Origin: Glaucostegus cemiculus
Taxonomy: Eukaryota
Direction: 5' to 3'
Assembly (NCBI GenBank): GCA_976551045.1
Contig: CDPCPM010000060.1
Coordinates: 4,712,001 to 4,776,000, forward strand
DNA length: 64,000 bases
Translations under genes and position numbers: made by a program
In this document: piece after piece, positions 11,681 through 24,967 of the stretch
Numbering within the stretch: position 1 is the stretch's first letter
Layout: each line of letters opens with the position of its first letter
Notes under the pieces: model-generated
Databases searched by the model: none
The model's input: only the letters and a program-made list of their open reading frames with translations
Told to the model about the DNA's origin: nothing

Positions 11681-14600
11681 GATCATTGGGATCTCTTCTC
11701 AGGAAGGTGGGACCTGTACAGACAGGACGGGTTACACCCGAACCAGAAGGGGGCCAATATCCTTGCGGTTCAGTTTGCTAGAGTGGTTGCGGAGGGTTTA
11801 AACTAATTTGTGAGGGGGATGGGAACCGGAGGAGTAGGGCAGAGGAAGAAAGGGATGGAGAAGAGTTGGATCGAGCAGGTAGAGAGGCTTTGGGGAAGGA
11901 GAGGCAGGGTGCAGGCTATAAAAGTGGTAAAGTGGATGGACTAAAGTGTGTTTACTTTAATGCGAGAAGTGTCAGGAATACGGGAGATGAATTGAGGGCT
12001 TGGATAAGTATGGGGGACTATGATATTGTAGCTATAACTGAGACATGGCTGTCATCAGGACAGGAGTGGATATTGAACATTCCTGGTTTTCAGTGTTTAA
12101 AAAGGGATAGGGAAGGGGGAGAGAAGAGGAGGAGGGGTGGCGATATTGGTCAGGGATGATGTTATGGCTGCAGAAAGGGTGGATTTTGTGGAAGGATCCT
12201 CTTTCGAGTCGGTGTGGAAGTGAGGAACAGGAAAAGTGCGGTTACACTGCTGGGAGTATACTATAGGCCCCCCGGTAGCAGTAGAGATATAGAGGAGCAG
12301 ATTGGCAGGCAGTGTTTGGACAGAAGCAAAGATAATAGGGTTGTAATAATGGGGGATTTCAACTTCCCGAATATAAACTGGGACATGCTCAGTGCCAAAG
12401 GTTTAGATGGGAACGAGTTTGTTAAGTGTGTCCAGGATGGATTCCTGATGCAGTATGTTGACAGGCCGACTAGAGGGAATGTGGTGTTAGATCTGGTTTT
12501 AGGAAATGAACTGGGACAGGTGAGGGATCTACTGGTGGGTGAGCATTTGGGGGACAGTGATCATTGCTCGATAAGCTTTAGAATTGTCATGGACAGAGAT
12601 AGGTGCAGAGAGGACAGGAAGATATTTAATTGGGGAAGGGCAGACTATGAGGCTATAAGGAGAGAACTTATGAGTGTAAATTGGTAAGTCCTTTTTGAGG
12701 GGAAGTGTACTGTGGAGATGTGGACGTTGTTGAGGGATGTTTTACAGGACGTTAGGGATAAATATGTCCCAGCGAAACAGAGGAGGAATGGCAGGGTGAG
12801 GGAACCGTGGGTGACGAGAGAGGTGGAACATCTGGTTAGGAGGAAGAAGGCGGCTTATGTACCGTGTAAGAGGCAAGGCTCGGATGTGGCCTGTGAGGAA
12901 TATAGTACAGTGAGGAAGGAACTTAAGAAAGAGCTGAGGAGAGCTAGAAGGGGTCATGAAAAGATGTTGGCTCGTAGGGTTAAGGAAAATCCCAAGGCTT
13001 TTTTCTCATATGTGAAGGGCAGAAGGGTGGCTAGGGTGAAGGTAGGTCCAATTAAGGATAAAGGTGGGAGGATGCACCTGGAGGCAGCAGAAGTAGGGGA
13101 GGTACTGAATGAATACTTCTCTTCCGTATTCACCAAGGAGAGGGGTCTGGATGACACAACACAGAGTGCTGGTAAGGGTAATGTTCTTGAGTGTGTAGCT
13201 ATCAAGAGGGAGGAGGTGTTGAAATTGTTAAATAATATCAAGACGGATGAGTCTCCGGGGCCTGACGGAATATTCCCCAGGCTGCTTCGAGAGGCGAGGG
13301 AGGAGATTGTTGATCGGCTGGTGAGGATCTTTGAGTCCTCGTTGTCCACGGGGATGGTGCCGGAGGATTGGCGGGTAGCGGATGTTCTTCACTTGTTTAA
13401 GAAAGGTAGTAGGGATAGTCCGGGAAATTACAGACCGGTGAGTCTCACGTCTGTGGTGGGTAAGCTGATAGAAAGGATTCTGAGGGATGGGATCTATGAG
13501 CACCTGGAGAGTCAGGGACTGATTAGGGACAGTCAGCATGGCTTTGTGAAGGGAAGATCTTGCCTCACGAGCCTGATAGAATTCTTTGAGGAGGTGACGA
13601 GGAAGCTTGATGAGGGTAGTGCGATGGATGTAGTCTATATGGATTTTAGTAAGGCGTTCAGTAAGGTTCCTCATGGCAGGTTTCTTCAGAAGGTCAGAGG
13701 TCGAAGCATCAAGGGGAGTTTGGCTGTGTGGATCAGGAATTAGCTTTCCTGTAGAAAGCAGAGGATTGTGGTGGAGGGAGTACCCTCGGATTGGAGGGCT
13801 GTGACTAGTGGTGTCCCGCAGGGATCGGTTCTGGGGCCTCTACTCTTTGTTATATTTATAGATGACTTAGATGAAGGAGTGGAAGGATGGGTTGGTAAGT
13901 TTGCGGATGACACCAAGATCGGCGGTGTGGTAGATAGTGTGGAGGACTGTCGGAGCTTACAAAGGGATATTGATAGGATGCAGAGCTGGGCGGACAGGTG
14001 GCAGATGGAGTTTAATCCGGAGAAGCGTGAGGTGGTGCACTTTCGGAGGACGAACTCCAGGGCAGAGTATGAGGTAAATGGTAAGGTACTTGGCAGTGTA
14101 GAGAAGCAGAGAGATCTGGGGGTTCATATCCACAGTTCACTCAAAGTTGCCTCGCAGGTGGATAAGACAGTTAAGAAGGCTTATGGGATGTTAGCTTTTA
14201 TAAATCGTGGGATTGAGTTCAAGAGCAGAGAGGTGATGATGCTGCTTTACAAAACTCTCGTTAGGCCGCACTTAGAATATTGTGTTCAGTTCTGGTCGCC
14301 GCATTATAGGAAGGATGTGGAGGCGTTGGAGAGGGTACAGAGGCGATTTACCAGGATGATGCCTGGATTAGAGGGTATGGAATATGAGCAGAGGCTTAAG
14401 GAGCTAGGGCTCTACTCGTTGGAGGAGGAGGAGGATGAGAGGGGACTTGATAGGGGTGTATAAGATATTGAGAGGAATAGATAGAGTTGACAGCCAGCGC
14501 CTCTTTCCCAGAGCGCAGATGCACAAGACAAGAGGGCATGGCTTTAAGATAGTGGGTGGAAAGTTTAGGGGAGATGTCAGAGGGAAGTTTTTCACCCAGA

Positions 14601-14809
14601 GAGTGGTTGGTGCATGGAATGCACTGCCTGGGGTGGTAGTAGAGGCAGATACGTTGGACAGGTTCAAGAGATTGTTAGATAGGCACATGGAAGAATGTGG
14701 AATAGTAGGATATGTGGGAGGAAAGAGTTAGATTGTGAGACGTTTGAAGGATGGCACAACTTGGTGGGCCAAAGGGCCTGTTTTGTGCTGTATTGTTCTA
14801 TGTTCTATG
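11681..14809 (+). mobile_element. Inner CR1 LINE nested in the outer CR1 (ORF1 3' end, full-length but disrupted ORF2, 3' UTR, tail)
   Basis: Begins with the ORF1 C-terminus DHWDLFSGRWDLYRQDGLHPNQKGANILAVQFARVVAEGLN* (11681-11806), then APE (FNARS, TETW, GDFN, SDH) and RT ([12 protein letters not shown]); ends in TGTTCTATGTTCTATG. Confidence 0.95.
11797..14731 (+). pseudogene. CR1 ORF2 (APE endonuclease + reverse transcriptase), disrupted
   Basis: ORF pieces 11866-12159, 12214-12687, 12712-13743, 13768-14463 and 14435-14731 tile a complete ORF2; in-frame stops at 12685 and 13741 and small frameshifts near 12120, 12215 and 14430. Confidence 0.92.
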
Positions 14810-15175
14810 ATAGAGGTATACAAAATATTAAGAGGAATAGATAAAGTAGATAGCCAGTGCCTCTTTCCCAGGGCACCAATGCTCAATTCAAGAGGGCATG
14901 GCTTTAAAATAATGGGTGGGAATTTCAAGGGAAATATCAAAGGGAGCTTTTTTTTACCCAGAGAGTGGTTGGTGCGTGGAATGCACTGCCAGGGGCAGTG
15001 GAGGCAGTTGCATTGGTCAAGTTCAAGAGATTGTTAGATAAGCATATGGAGGAATTTAAAACAGGGGGCTATGTGGGAGGAAGGGGTTAGATAATCTTAG
15101 GCATGGTGTAAAGGTCAGCACAACATGGTTGGCTGAAGGGCCTGTATTATGCTGTATTGTTCCATGGTTCTATGG
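14807..15175 (+). mobile_element. Outer CR1 LINE, right part (ORF2 C-terminus, 3' UTR, tail)
   Basis: Resumes with ATGATAGAGGTATACAAA (MIEVYKILRG), which continues ...RMRG at 11670. Tail TTCCATGGTTCTATG; candidate TSD GGAATT at 10194-10199 and 15174-15179. Confidence 0.9.
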
Positions 15176-18100
15176 AATTCTTTTAATGTGGGGTGACTGC
15201 TGCACACCAGCTACCACACAGAATAGACAGTGCAAAGTCTTGGTGCAATGACAAGGAGGTCTAAAATAACTGGAGACTAGGTTCTGCTGCACAGAATTAA
15301 TGCACATACATGCCGTATACAGTCCAATCTTTCCTCACCTCACCCTCATCTTCTCAATTTCTGATTCCTTCCCTAATTCATTCACCTCCTCCCTCTATTT
15401 CCATACATCTGTCCCCATTTCCCCCAAGTGCTTCCCTCAATCAGCTCCCTCCCTATTCAGTAACCTGGTCCCTCCTTTATTGCTTCCCCTATTCTATACC
15501 CTCACCCCTCCACAACTTCTGACCAGCCACTGACCTGTCGTTCTGGCTCAGCAAAGTGGTAGTCGACACACTCTACAACTACCATTGCTCATCTTCTTCA
15601 GGGCCACCATCAAATTGTCAATTATCTTTCCCTTTCTCTGCACCTATTCCAGTCAAAGCCTGCAGCCAAGCCCAAATCTCCAAATCCACAGCAGAAAACC
15701 CTGGGAGAATCTTCAGCTCCCTGCCTGATACTGCCGAATTTCAGGTCATATTCAGTGTCCTGCAGGCAGGTGTTAAGTCCGAGCATACAATTTCCCAGCC
15801 AACAGAAGTAGACCTCTTCCTACAGGAGCAGCAGCATCTCACTCATTTGCCTTCTCTGCCCAGATTATATAATAAGCCTAAACTCAGGGGTCTTCTGATT
15901 CCTGCAGTACCCGTAAACTAAGAGGGCCCATCTCCCACACTGACCCCAACTCCGTCTCCCACACACTGATCCTAAATCCACAAGGCTTCTGCCTCCCGCA
16001 TTGAGCCTAAATACACAGGTCATCTGTCTCTCAATTAAAAGGTGTGGCTATTAACATGGCAAAAAAACATTAAGGGAAGCATACTGTATTATTAATTTTT
16101 TTTTACAACAAATGAAGAATTCAGCAATCTTCCACGGTATGAATAATACCAGATGACTTTCAGTGAGTACATGCAGTAATTTAATCTCATGATTCATCTG
16201 GCAAACAAACCGTGCCAGAGTTCATGACATCATCTGAACCAGCATTTGGCTTTCTGCCTCACTCTGTATCGAGATCATTCAGAAACTTCCCAAAAATTGC
16301 AGTTGAATTATAACAGCCTAGTGCTCAGTTTAGTGCTTATAAATATAAAATTCATTCTTCTAAAAATCAATTACTCTACCAGGAAAAATGAATTTGAAAC
16401 TGTAGTCCTCCAACATTTACATGCTCAAATGTGTTGTATTTATATTTGCTTAAAGAAATCAGAAAACCTGTGTCAAAAACCTACCACCACGATAACTTGT
16501 AGAAACTCACATTCAAAAAGAAACAATGCAAGAGTATTGCATTGCTGAAGGGACAATGAATCAGCAATGATTCACACAGTGCTTGCATTGACTTTTTACT
16601 AATGTACTAAATATTTTTCCATGGAATATTTCAGAGACTGGTTTGGTGGTGTGGAGTAAGTGTGCTAGCAGTGGACTGGGAAACAAGAGGAAATGCACTC
16701 AGGACTGAATGAGTTGTGTGCCAGGTAGATGATGGATCTTGGTGTATGGAACATCATATACTTTGCTAATTTATTTTTCATCAATAAAGTGTTTTAGACA
16801 CAAGGAAAGCTTAAATTAATATTGTTGGTGACAGAATTGCTGACATTTTTATTTTAAAAGATTACTGATAGGTGTCATATGTGCCTCAGTGAGTCAGAAC
16901 CTTGCAGACTTCGTAAAAACAAATTCTATGCTAACACTCGAATCCAATTCAGAAAGAATCCTACATTGTCTTAGATGCTGTTTTTCAGATGAATCACTGA
17001 TTTGTGACCACACCCGTCATTTCAGGGAGATGCCAGAGACCTCAAGGTGCTGTTTTGAACAAGAGATGGGAAGGTCCCTCTGATATCCTGGGAAATACTT
17101 ATTCCTGAAACATTGCTCTTTGTATGACCTTCCTGTGCACGAAACTGGCTACTTCATATTATACATTGCATAAATAGTGCATGATAGTGTGTCTTGGGAC
17201 ATCATATTGTGGTGAAAATAACTTCATTTATGCAAGCGTTTACTTCTTGGAGAGAAAATACTCTGGTTAAAAAAAATGGTGCTGTTTCCATTCCAGGCAA
17301 AGTCCTGTTCAAAGGTACTGAACAACTGAAGATGGCACTCTTTGAAGGAGCAAATTACTTATTGGCAAAGCAAAGTATTTGTTGTTTAACTGATCAACTC
17401 AAAATCCTTTGCCATCAAAGAATTTTACAGCCATGGTAAGCATACTAAAAGATGTGCACCTTAATGGTGGACATCATCAGATGTCATATTGGTGGTGGCG
17501 GGTTGTCCTTGCAACATTTAAATAGATCAGGTCTTTTGTCCATTTTGACAACCCTCTCAGTATCTAGTAAAATACATCAGGAGCATGACGGAGCACTCTG
17601 CACCTTTCTAAATAACAGAAGCTCCATTTGTTAACATCTGGGGCAAAGCAACTCACTTGATTGGCGTCCGTTGAACCATCTTAACCATCCTCCCCTCACT
17701 ATTTGTGCACCATTTACAAAATGCACCACATCAATTTACTGACCTCCACAAAGCACTTTCTGAGCTTTTAGGCATGGGAATGCATCTGCATATTTGCCTG
17801 GTGTTACAATGGCATGAGCAATCTCTCTAATGTAGATTTAAAAGGCTCTAAAAATCATTAGCGGCACTCGCAAAATAGCACCGACAGGCTGCCACATACA
17901 ACATTATGTTTCAGAAACAATAAGAATTGAGGGTCAAACTTCCTACATTTCTTTGCAGCTGTGACCTTATGTGAATAATACAAGCAACACTCTCTCAGCT
18001 ACTGAGAGGATTGGCAAAGATGGGAGGGGAGCAGCAGAGTCTTTCCAGGGCAGAGGAACCAGAACAGGCTTCTGAACAATGGTGAGTTAAGGAGGCAGCT

Positions 18101-19074
18101 TCCTTGTGTAAAGGATATTTATAGCTGGAAGTTATCATTGAATTATCCCCATGAACGTCTCCACTTTTCGGAGCCTCAATGGACTTTAATGCCCCTTTCA
18201 GGTCTGACTGCAAAAACAATTATATCAATAGTTTGCCACTTTGCCATTTGAGTTTTGATTGATTTCTGCAATGCGAGTGAAAAACAAAGTGCTGTATTTT
18301 GTGCAACAGAGACAGTCTGGGTGAGGTTGCAGAATGAGTGTGACCCTACTTTTGGCTTTGAAAGCAGGGCAATGCAATGCAATGAGCTTGTACTAGAGCT
18401 TTTCCAGGTTACACAGATGAACCAGGTCCATCTTGTGGAAGGGTAGCCTACATGGTCATTGCCCATACAGGAAGCATTGCTTAAAGCGTGCCTTTCTGTG
18501 AAGCCCAGGTGGAGGATGATTTTGGTGCCATCTCTTTCTCAGATGTCATCTGCTTTTCACTGATTTCTGATCTGATGAACATTGAGCAACTTCTCCTTTT
18601 GGAAGAATTCTTCTGGGGTTTTGAGGGATCACCCACATTTTTATAGATAACCTGTTGAAATGAGCTGGGGTGTGATGACTGGGATCCCAGCTTGAGTTAA
18701 TTCCTTAAGGCTAGTTTGCCTCGAATACCCAGTTTGTTTTCCTACAATCATAGACAAAAATGTGTCTGACCCTCATAGTAATTTTCAGCAACATTGAAAA
18801 TTGGTTCTTTGAGGAATGAACAACGCCAGTCACTATTAATATAAATGGAGTGCAAATTCTCACTACAAATAAATGGTTATTTCACCATGATGGACATCAT
18901 TTGGGCAGGCTGAGCACCAGAACAACAGCGACACTAAAATCCTTCTCTAAAACAATGACCATTGACGGCAGCATTAATTCTCCAAGAAATGTGTGAAAAA
19001 TTGGTTAAGGCAGCTTTTCTGGTGTTATGCAGATGAATTTTTAGCTTGTGATCTGCATCTTTGGAAAGAAAAGG

Positions 19075-19325
19075 GCAGCAGGCACATGAGAGCACCATCA
19101 TCTGCAACACCCAAAGTCACATACCTTCCTGACTAGGAATACATCAATGATCCTACACCATCAGTGTTCAAAATCCAGCCATATCCTATCTAACTGCATC
19201 TTGGGTGTACGTTCACCACAAGGACTGCAGCAGTTCAAGAAGTGTCTCATCATCACCATCTCAGGGGTATTAATGGGTGGACATTAAGTGCTTGACTGTA
19301 TAAGCAACACTCAAATCAATCATGA
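19075..19325 (+). mobile_element. L2/CR1-clade LINE 3' end relic
   Basis: Contains GGACTGCAGCAGTTCAAGAAG...CACCATCTCAGGGG, resembling a recalled chondrichthyan LINE/SINE 3' tail. Confidence 0.5.
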
Positions 19326-20616
19326 ATAACTTTAAGAAACTTGCTCAGCACGTGCTCAGATCTGAACATTGAGACAATGACTTAAACCAGCAGCACTTAA
19401 GGAAATGCTGGTTTCAGTCATGCTTGTGGTATGAGATGTTTGGGGGGTGGGGTGGATGCAGAATGACAAATCAGGTCTCTGGAGGTTCTAGGTCCTTCAG
19501 CAAATTGCAGGCCAGGCAGCTCATGCAGGTGAATTAACAGTTCCTGCATATGCTGTCTTAACATATTCTTCTAATACATCACAAAACTCAGTAGCTTTTA
19601 GGATCAGTCTCAAGACTGAGCTGTGTCTGGTATATGACTTTTGCAATGTCTCCAAATCAAAAATAGTCCATTATTATTATCTTGTTTGGGAATACAAAGA
19701 AAAACACTGAAGATACCATTTTAATTAAAGTGCTCAAGAACCTTTTCACAACATGTCAAGTTAATTATGGAAACCATTCAATTGACTGGGGTAGTTATTG
19801 GTCACTTGTGCTAAATGAAAAACACTGTAGTGGTTGCATGTTGTACTGTACTTATGAAATTGACTTCTATGGACACAAATTTCAGAGGCAACCCTTCTAT
19901 ACTGTGCATTTAACTCATGAGACCAGGGATGAATTTCTAAGCATTTTCCCAAAAATGAAAGTGATTCAGTTGGTTAGTTTTGCAGAGATGTTAGAAATCT
20001 GAAGTTTGTTCTGAGCAATATTTCACAGCTTCCACTGTCACAATGCAGCCTTTAGCAGTTTATAAGAGTGGATATGGCTACTGTTCCCAACATGGCAAAC
20101 TATCCAAATGTTTTCTCAGCAAATGCATTTAGAATAGATCACCATCTTTCATTTGCACAGATCTATGGGTCATCCTAACATGCAACCCAGTTTCTCCTGC
20201 ATCAAAACAGAAGCTGGAAAATTCAGCCCTTAGACTTGCAATCATATTTTTGTCCAAGGCATAGCTTCCCAGCTACTGCCTCCTTCATTTCTTTGTAGGC
20301 TGCAGTTTTCCACAAGCCATTTACCATATGGACCGGCAAGACTTGAAACCTATGCTTGATGGACATGTTATTTCAATGTACTCTGATACAGGGTGCTTCT
20401 GTCATGAAATTGTCATATTCCTAAAGAGCTTCCTGTTGCATTTATGGTGAGTTTATAAGTATATTAATAAAGCTATTGAATTTTGGGTTTTTTTTATTCT
20501 TGATACTGCAAGCTAAAATCACGGTTCCCTTTTACAGATAATAGTGTACTTAGCCCAGTCCACCGTTCAAATTCCTTTTAATTTTTAATTATTGAAGCCA
20601 GGCTAAACACACTATT

Positions 20617-20695
20617 GAGAATCAGAATCAGATTTATTATCACTGACACGTTGTGAAAGTTGTTGTTTTGCAGCAGCAGTACGGTGCAAAGACAC
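20617..20695 (-). mobile_element. Rex1/Babar 3' tail fragment
   Basis: GAGAATCAGAATCAGATTTATT is the reverse complement of AATAAA plus (TCTGAT)n; similar to the 3' end at 60950-61025. Confidence 0.65.
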
Positions 20696-21629
20696 TGGAA
20701 GAATGTAACAGGTTCAGACAATGAGACTTGCATTTTCTTGTTTTGGCAGGAAAACTCTCACTATTAGAAACATATTTTATTTGCCGGGTATCTATTGTAG
20801 ATCTTCCTAGTTACAAGTGTAACCATAATAAGACACAAGGGTTACCTGCTCTAATTGTGCTGATGCTGTCTGAAATTAGTCACTTGTGAATGTGTGAAGC
20901 TGCAGCTTAGTCCTGCTCACTGTCCCTTCTATTTTTACATTCAACCAGTAAAACCCACTGTTACAGTCAACTTATCAGTGCAAAACATTTCTACTGCTAA
21001 TCAAGTGTCAGCGGTGGATTGCAACACTGGCAGAAATACAACAGTTCAGTTAGGGCATATCCAAACATAGCTGCAGTATTATTTTGTAAAATAAAAATCA
21101 ATCCCATTTAATCTGATTACTTTAAAAACTTCAAATCTCTGCCAATATTTCTGTTCATTAGAAATTAAATTCTATAATATGACTTCAGACCACAAGCCAA
21201 ATATGCTAATACAAATCTCTCAATTTCAAGCCCCAAAATCAATTCAGGATTTACAATAGTAGATTAAAAGCTAAAGAAATTAAACCAGGTACAAGCACAT
21301 ATCGCTGCAATTGCTGATGACAGCTAAAAATAAGCAGAAGAATGAAGTCACCATCTACAGCATTTACATCAGGATAAAGTAGTGTAATCTAGCCATCCCC
21401 TCTCAAGGAAGTCACCCAAAGGAGCAGAGGACCTGCACGGGCTTCCGAAGAACACTGCGCACAGGAAGCAGCACCTACATATTTTATCCCTTCTGCCTCT
21501 TCCCCCAAAATGGCAACATTTTAAATTCCCACCATCAACCAACTTTCATTAGGCTGAACTCAGAAACCTATAAATTTCCTCTCAGTTGACATACAGAGTA
21601 CATCAGTTGTTGATTTATGTTTCATGAGA

Positions 21630-22490
21630 ACACAAGCAAGAGACCCTTGAGGCTGCTATCCCATTCAACCAGATCATGGCTGATCTTTTACCTCAGGATA
21701 ATTTTCCTGCACCAAGCCCACACAAGTCCTCAAATATCCAAAATTCTATCAATCTTAGTTCTGAATGAAATCAGTGACTGTGCCATTACAAATCTCCGAG
21801 GCAGTAAATTCCAAAGATTCACCATCTTTTATATGAAGAACAGTCTTAACACTTCAGTCCTAAATGGCCTACCCTTTATTTTGAGACTGTGATCGTAGTT
21901 CTAGATTCCTTCCCCGAGGAAAACATTCCCACCGTACCTATTCTGTTGAGCCCTGCAAGAATTTTGCACATTTCCAATTCACCAGTCATTCTTCTAACTC
22001 TGAATAAACTGGGCTACTATTTTTTTTATTTTTGCTCAATCTCAGACTTGCCATCTCAGGAACCAGTCTGGCAAATCTCCACTGTATTTCCTCTACAGCA
22101 ATTTTTTGTGGCAAGGATCCCAAATTGTACACAATTCTTTGGGCAAAGTCTCACCAAAGCCTTTTAGACTTGTAGCAAGATATCTTCACTCTTACACTCA
22201 AACCTCCAGGCTATAAAGCCAAACGTACAACTTTCCTTCCTAAATGCATTAGCTTTGACTGACTCGTGTGCAAGGATGCCCAAATCCATTTGGATGTTAA
22301 CACTTCCCAATCTCTCACCAATTAAAAAATACAAAGTAGTTCTGATTTTTTTCCACCAAAGTAGATAACCTCACATTTTTCCACTTTATATTCCATCTGC
22401 CACATTGTTGCGCACTCACTCAAGTTTATTGATATCCTCTCGAAGCCTCTTTGCATTCTCATCACTCACATTCCCACTTAATTTGCATTC
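21630..22490 (-). mobile_element. Old CR1 3' fragment
   Basis: Reverse complement of the CR1 3' UTR (CCATTCAACCAGATCATGGCTGATC) and of the RT C-terminal region (TTCCATCTGCCAC = WQME). Confidence 0.75.
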
Positions 22491-22699
22491 CCAAAGCAAG
22501 AGTATAACTATTATATATCACTTTCCAAATAACTTCCTACTTCTATCCCAAGACATATTTTAATGTGAAGCAACTGAAGGGATTATTTGGTGGTTAATAG
22601 CCATGAAAAAAGTGTCAAGATTTGTTCTAAATACCAGAATGAACAGATACATGGAAAATTAACATGACAGACAACAGGACACTCAGGGTCATCCTTATG

Positions 22700-22860
22700 T
22701 CCTGAGCAGAGGTGCTCTGCAAACCTATCACTCAATCTGCCTTTGGTTTCTCCAGTGTGGAGGAGACCACATTGTGAGTACCAAACACAATGAATTAAAT
22801 TGCAAGAAGTGCAAGTGATCTGCTGCTTTGCCTCGAAGGTTTGTTTGGATCCCTGGATGG
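22700..22860 (-). mobile_element. Penelope-like GIY-YIG endonuclease fragment
   Basis: Minus-strand translation IQGSKQTFEAKQQITCTSCNLIHCVWYSQCGLLHTGETKGRLSDRFAEHLCS is a decayed form of the FTCTSSNLVYCIRC..CGLLYIGETKRRL..RF.EH motif. Confidence 0.8.
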
Positions 22861-23613
22861 TGTTTTTATTTAAACAAATTGCTTTATTTTGTGTTTCAAG
22901 TATCTCAATGGAACTTCCATTTTAACAAAGAAATGAGCAATGAAGTGCACGACTTCATAAGAGCCACAGAAATTAGTCTGGCTCCTGAGCTAAAGAAGTC
23001 AGCCTCTATCGTGTGTGGTGATACCTGGAGAGAGGTGGTTCTAGCACTATGATCTGTTGCACCAAGATGGGCAAAGCAGTGCTGCAAATTAATAATCTGA
23101 CCAGGAGCAGAATGACAGGACACCCAGCATGCTAATCCCTCCTCCTCCATTTGCCTTCACTGGGAGCAACGCTCACTTGGACTAAGATTTAAGGGCATCT
23201 CTATCATTTGTACCCTATGTATTCATGCAAACCTAACCACTGATGGGAGAGAGCCTGCCTAATGGTGGACACAAAATACTTCCCAGAAATTCCAGGGAAT
23301 GAAGAGTCTTGTGAAAAGGAGGAATTAAAGGAAATTAAAATTTGTAAATAAAATACTGGAGAAATTAATGGGGCTAATAATTTGCATCTCAGACTACTAA
23401 AGAAGGTAGCCATGGAAATAGTGGATGTATTGATTGTCATTTGCATAAATTATGTAACATTGCTAAAATATTGGAGGGTGTGAAATGCAACCCCACTATT
23501 TAGAAGGAGGGAGAGAGAACAGGGAACTGGAGACTGGTTAGCCTAACATCAGCAGCAGGGAAAACGTTAGAGTCCATTATAATGGATATGAAAACAGGTC
23601 CCTTGCAAAATTA

Positions 23614-23907
23614 GGCAGGCACAGTAGCATAGTAGTTAGCCTAACACTATTACAGTGCCAATGACCTGGTTTCAATTCCCACCACTGTCTGTAAGGAGTT
23701 TGTATGTTCTCCCCACATCTGTGTGGGTTTCTTCTGGGTGCTCTGGTTTCCTCCCACATTCCAAACACGTACAGGTTAGGAAGTTGTGGGCATGCTATGT
23801 TGGCTCCGGAAGCGCAGCGACACTTCCATGCTGCCCCCAGAATACTCTACACAAAGATATATTTCATTGTGTGTTGCAATGTACGTGTCCAATAAGTATA
23901 TCTTATC
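23614..23907 (+). mobile_element. tRNA-derived V-SINE (HE1-like)
   Basis: A-box-like AGTAGCATAGTAG, B-box-like GGTTTCAATTCC, V-domain GGAGTTTGTATGTTCTCCCC...GGGTGCTCTGGTTTCCTCCCACA and an ATCTT tail; near-identical to the copy at 30945-31220. Confidence 0.9.
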
Positions 23908-24890
23908 AACACAATCAGACAGTCATCATGGATTTATGAAAGAGCAATCATGTTTGACAAACCTACCCAAGTTTTTTTTTAAAAGAGAATGCAGCTGGTA
24001 GAACAGAGAAGCGAGAACCAGTGGATGTGGTATATCTGAATTTTAAGAAGTTCTTTAATAAAGTACCACAAGAGGAGGTTAGTGTAGAAAATTAAAGCAA
24101 ATGGGATGGAGAAAATATGCTAATATAGATTGAAAATTGGCTGACAAAAGAAACAGACAGTAGAAATATATGGGTCTGTCTCAGACTGGCAGGGTCCCAC
24201 AGGGTCAGTACTTGGGCCATGCATTTTACAAAGTCTTAACTAATGTAGTAAACAATTGCTGACAGAGGTTAACAAATATCATAGGTATGGACATTAATGA
24301 CTAAAAAGATATCCAGCCGATATTTGATAAGTGCCTGTATAAGAGGTTGTTAATAAAAATGAGGTCACTGGAAACTGGAGGCAATCTATTGTCTTGGATT
24401 TGAAAATGGCTTACAAATAGGAGATAATGGTTAGGTACTTGAAGTTCACAGGATTTGGCCAGTTGCAACCCCTAGGGATCTGCATTGGCACTTTGGCTTT
24501 CTATTATATTTATAAATGACTTGAAGGAATAGAGAGCCATGTATTAAGATGTGCTGACAACATTAAGTTAGATGATGCAGTAAATAATGCCAATAGAACA
24601 GAAAATTGCCAAGGGAAATTAATTGTATATCTGTGGGCAAACACGTGGCAAATGGAGTTCAATGTGACAAGGTGAGAGGTCATCCATTATGGAGCAGAGT
24701 AAGAGAAATCAGAGTATTTTATAAATTATAAGAAGCAGAGAACTATAGATAAAAAAAGAGAGAAATCTGAAAACGTGTGTCTGGAGGTCACTAAAGATTT
24801 GTGGACAGTTACAAAGAAATAATTTAAATGGCTGATGGCATGTTAGCCTTTATGTCAATGAGACCTAGAAATCAAAAGAATATATACATT

Positions 24891-24967
24891 ATAGAAACAT
24901 AGAAAACCTACAGCACAATTCAGGCCCTTTGGCCCACAAAGTTGTGCCGAACATGTCCCTACCTTAG
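24891..24967 (-). mobile_element. Ultra-short CR1 3'-tail insertion
   Basis: ATAGAAAC-ATAGAAA tail followed by the 3' UTR stem (CAGGCCCTTTGGCCCAC); candidate TSD TATAG at 24890-24894 and 24968-24972. Confidence 0.75.

Noticed and set aside
15556-16032. 121-aa ORF and adjacent ~35-bp degenerate repeats
   Set aside because: GTG start, no recognisable domain, and the repeats are too decayed to define a unit.
19377-19421. 16-bp-arm hairpin
   Set aside because: It is real but short, with no supporting context; it is not a terminator in a eukaryotic setting.
23614-23685. tRNA gene
   Set aside because: The A/B boxes run straight into the V-SINE body, so this is a SINE head; the same applies at 30945.
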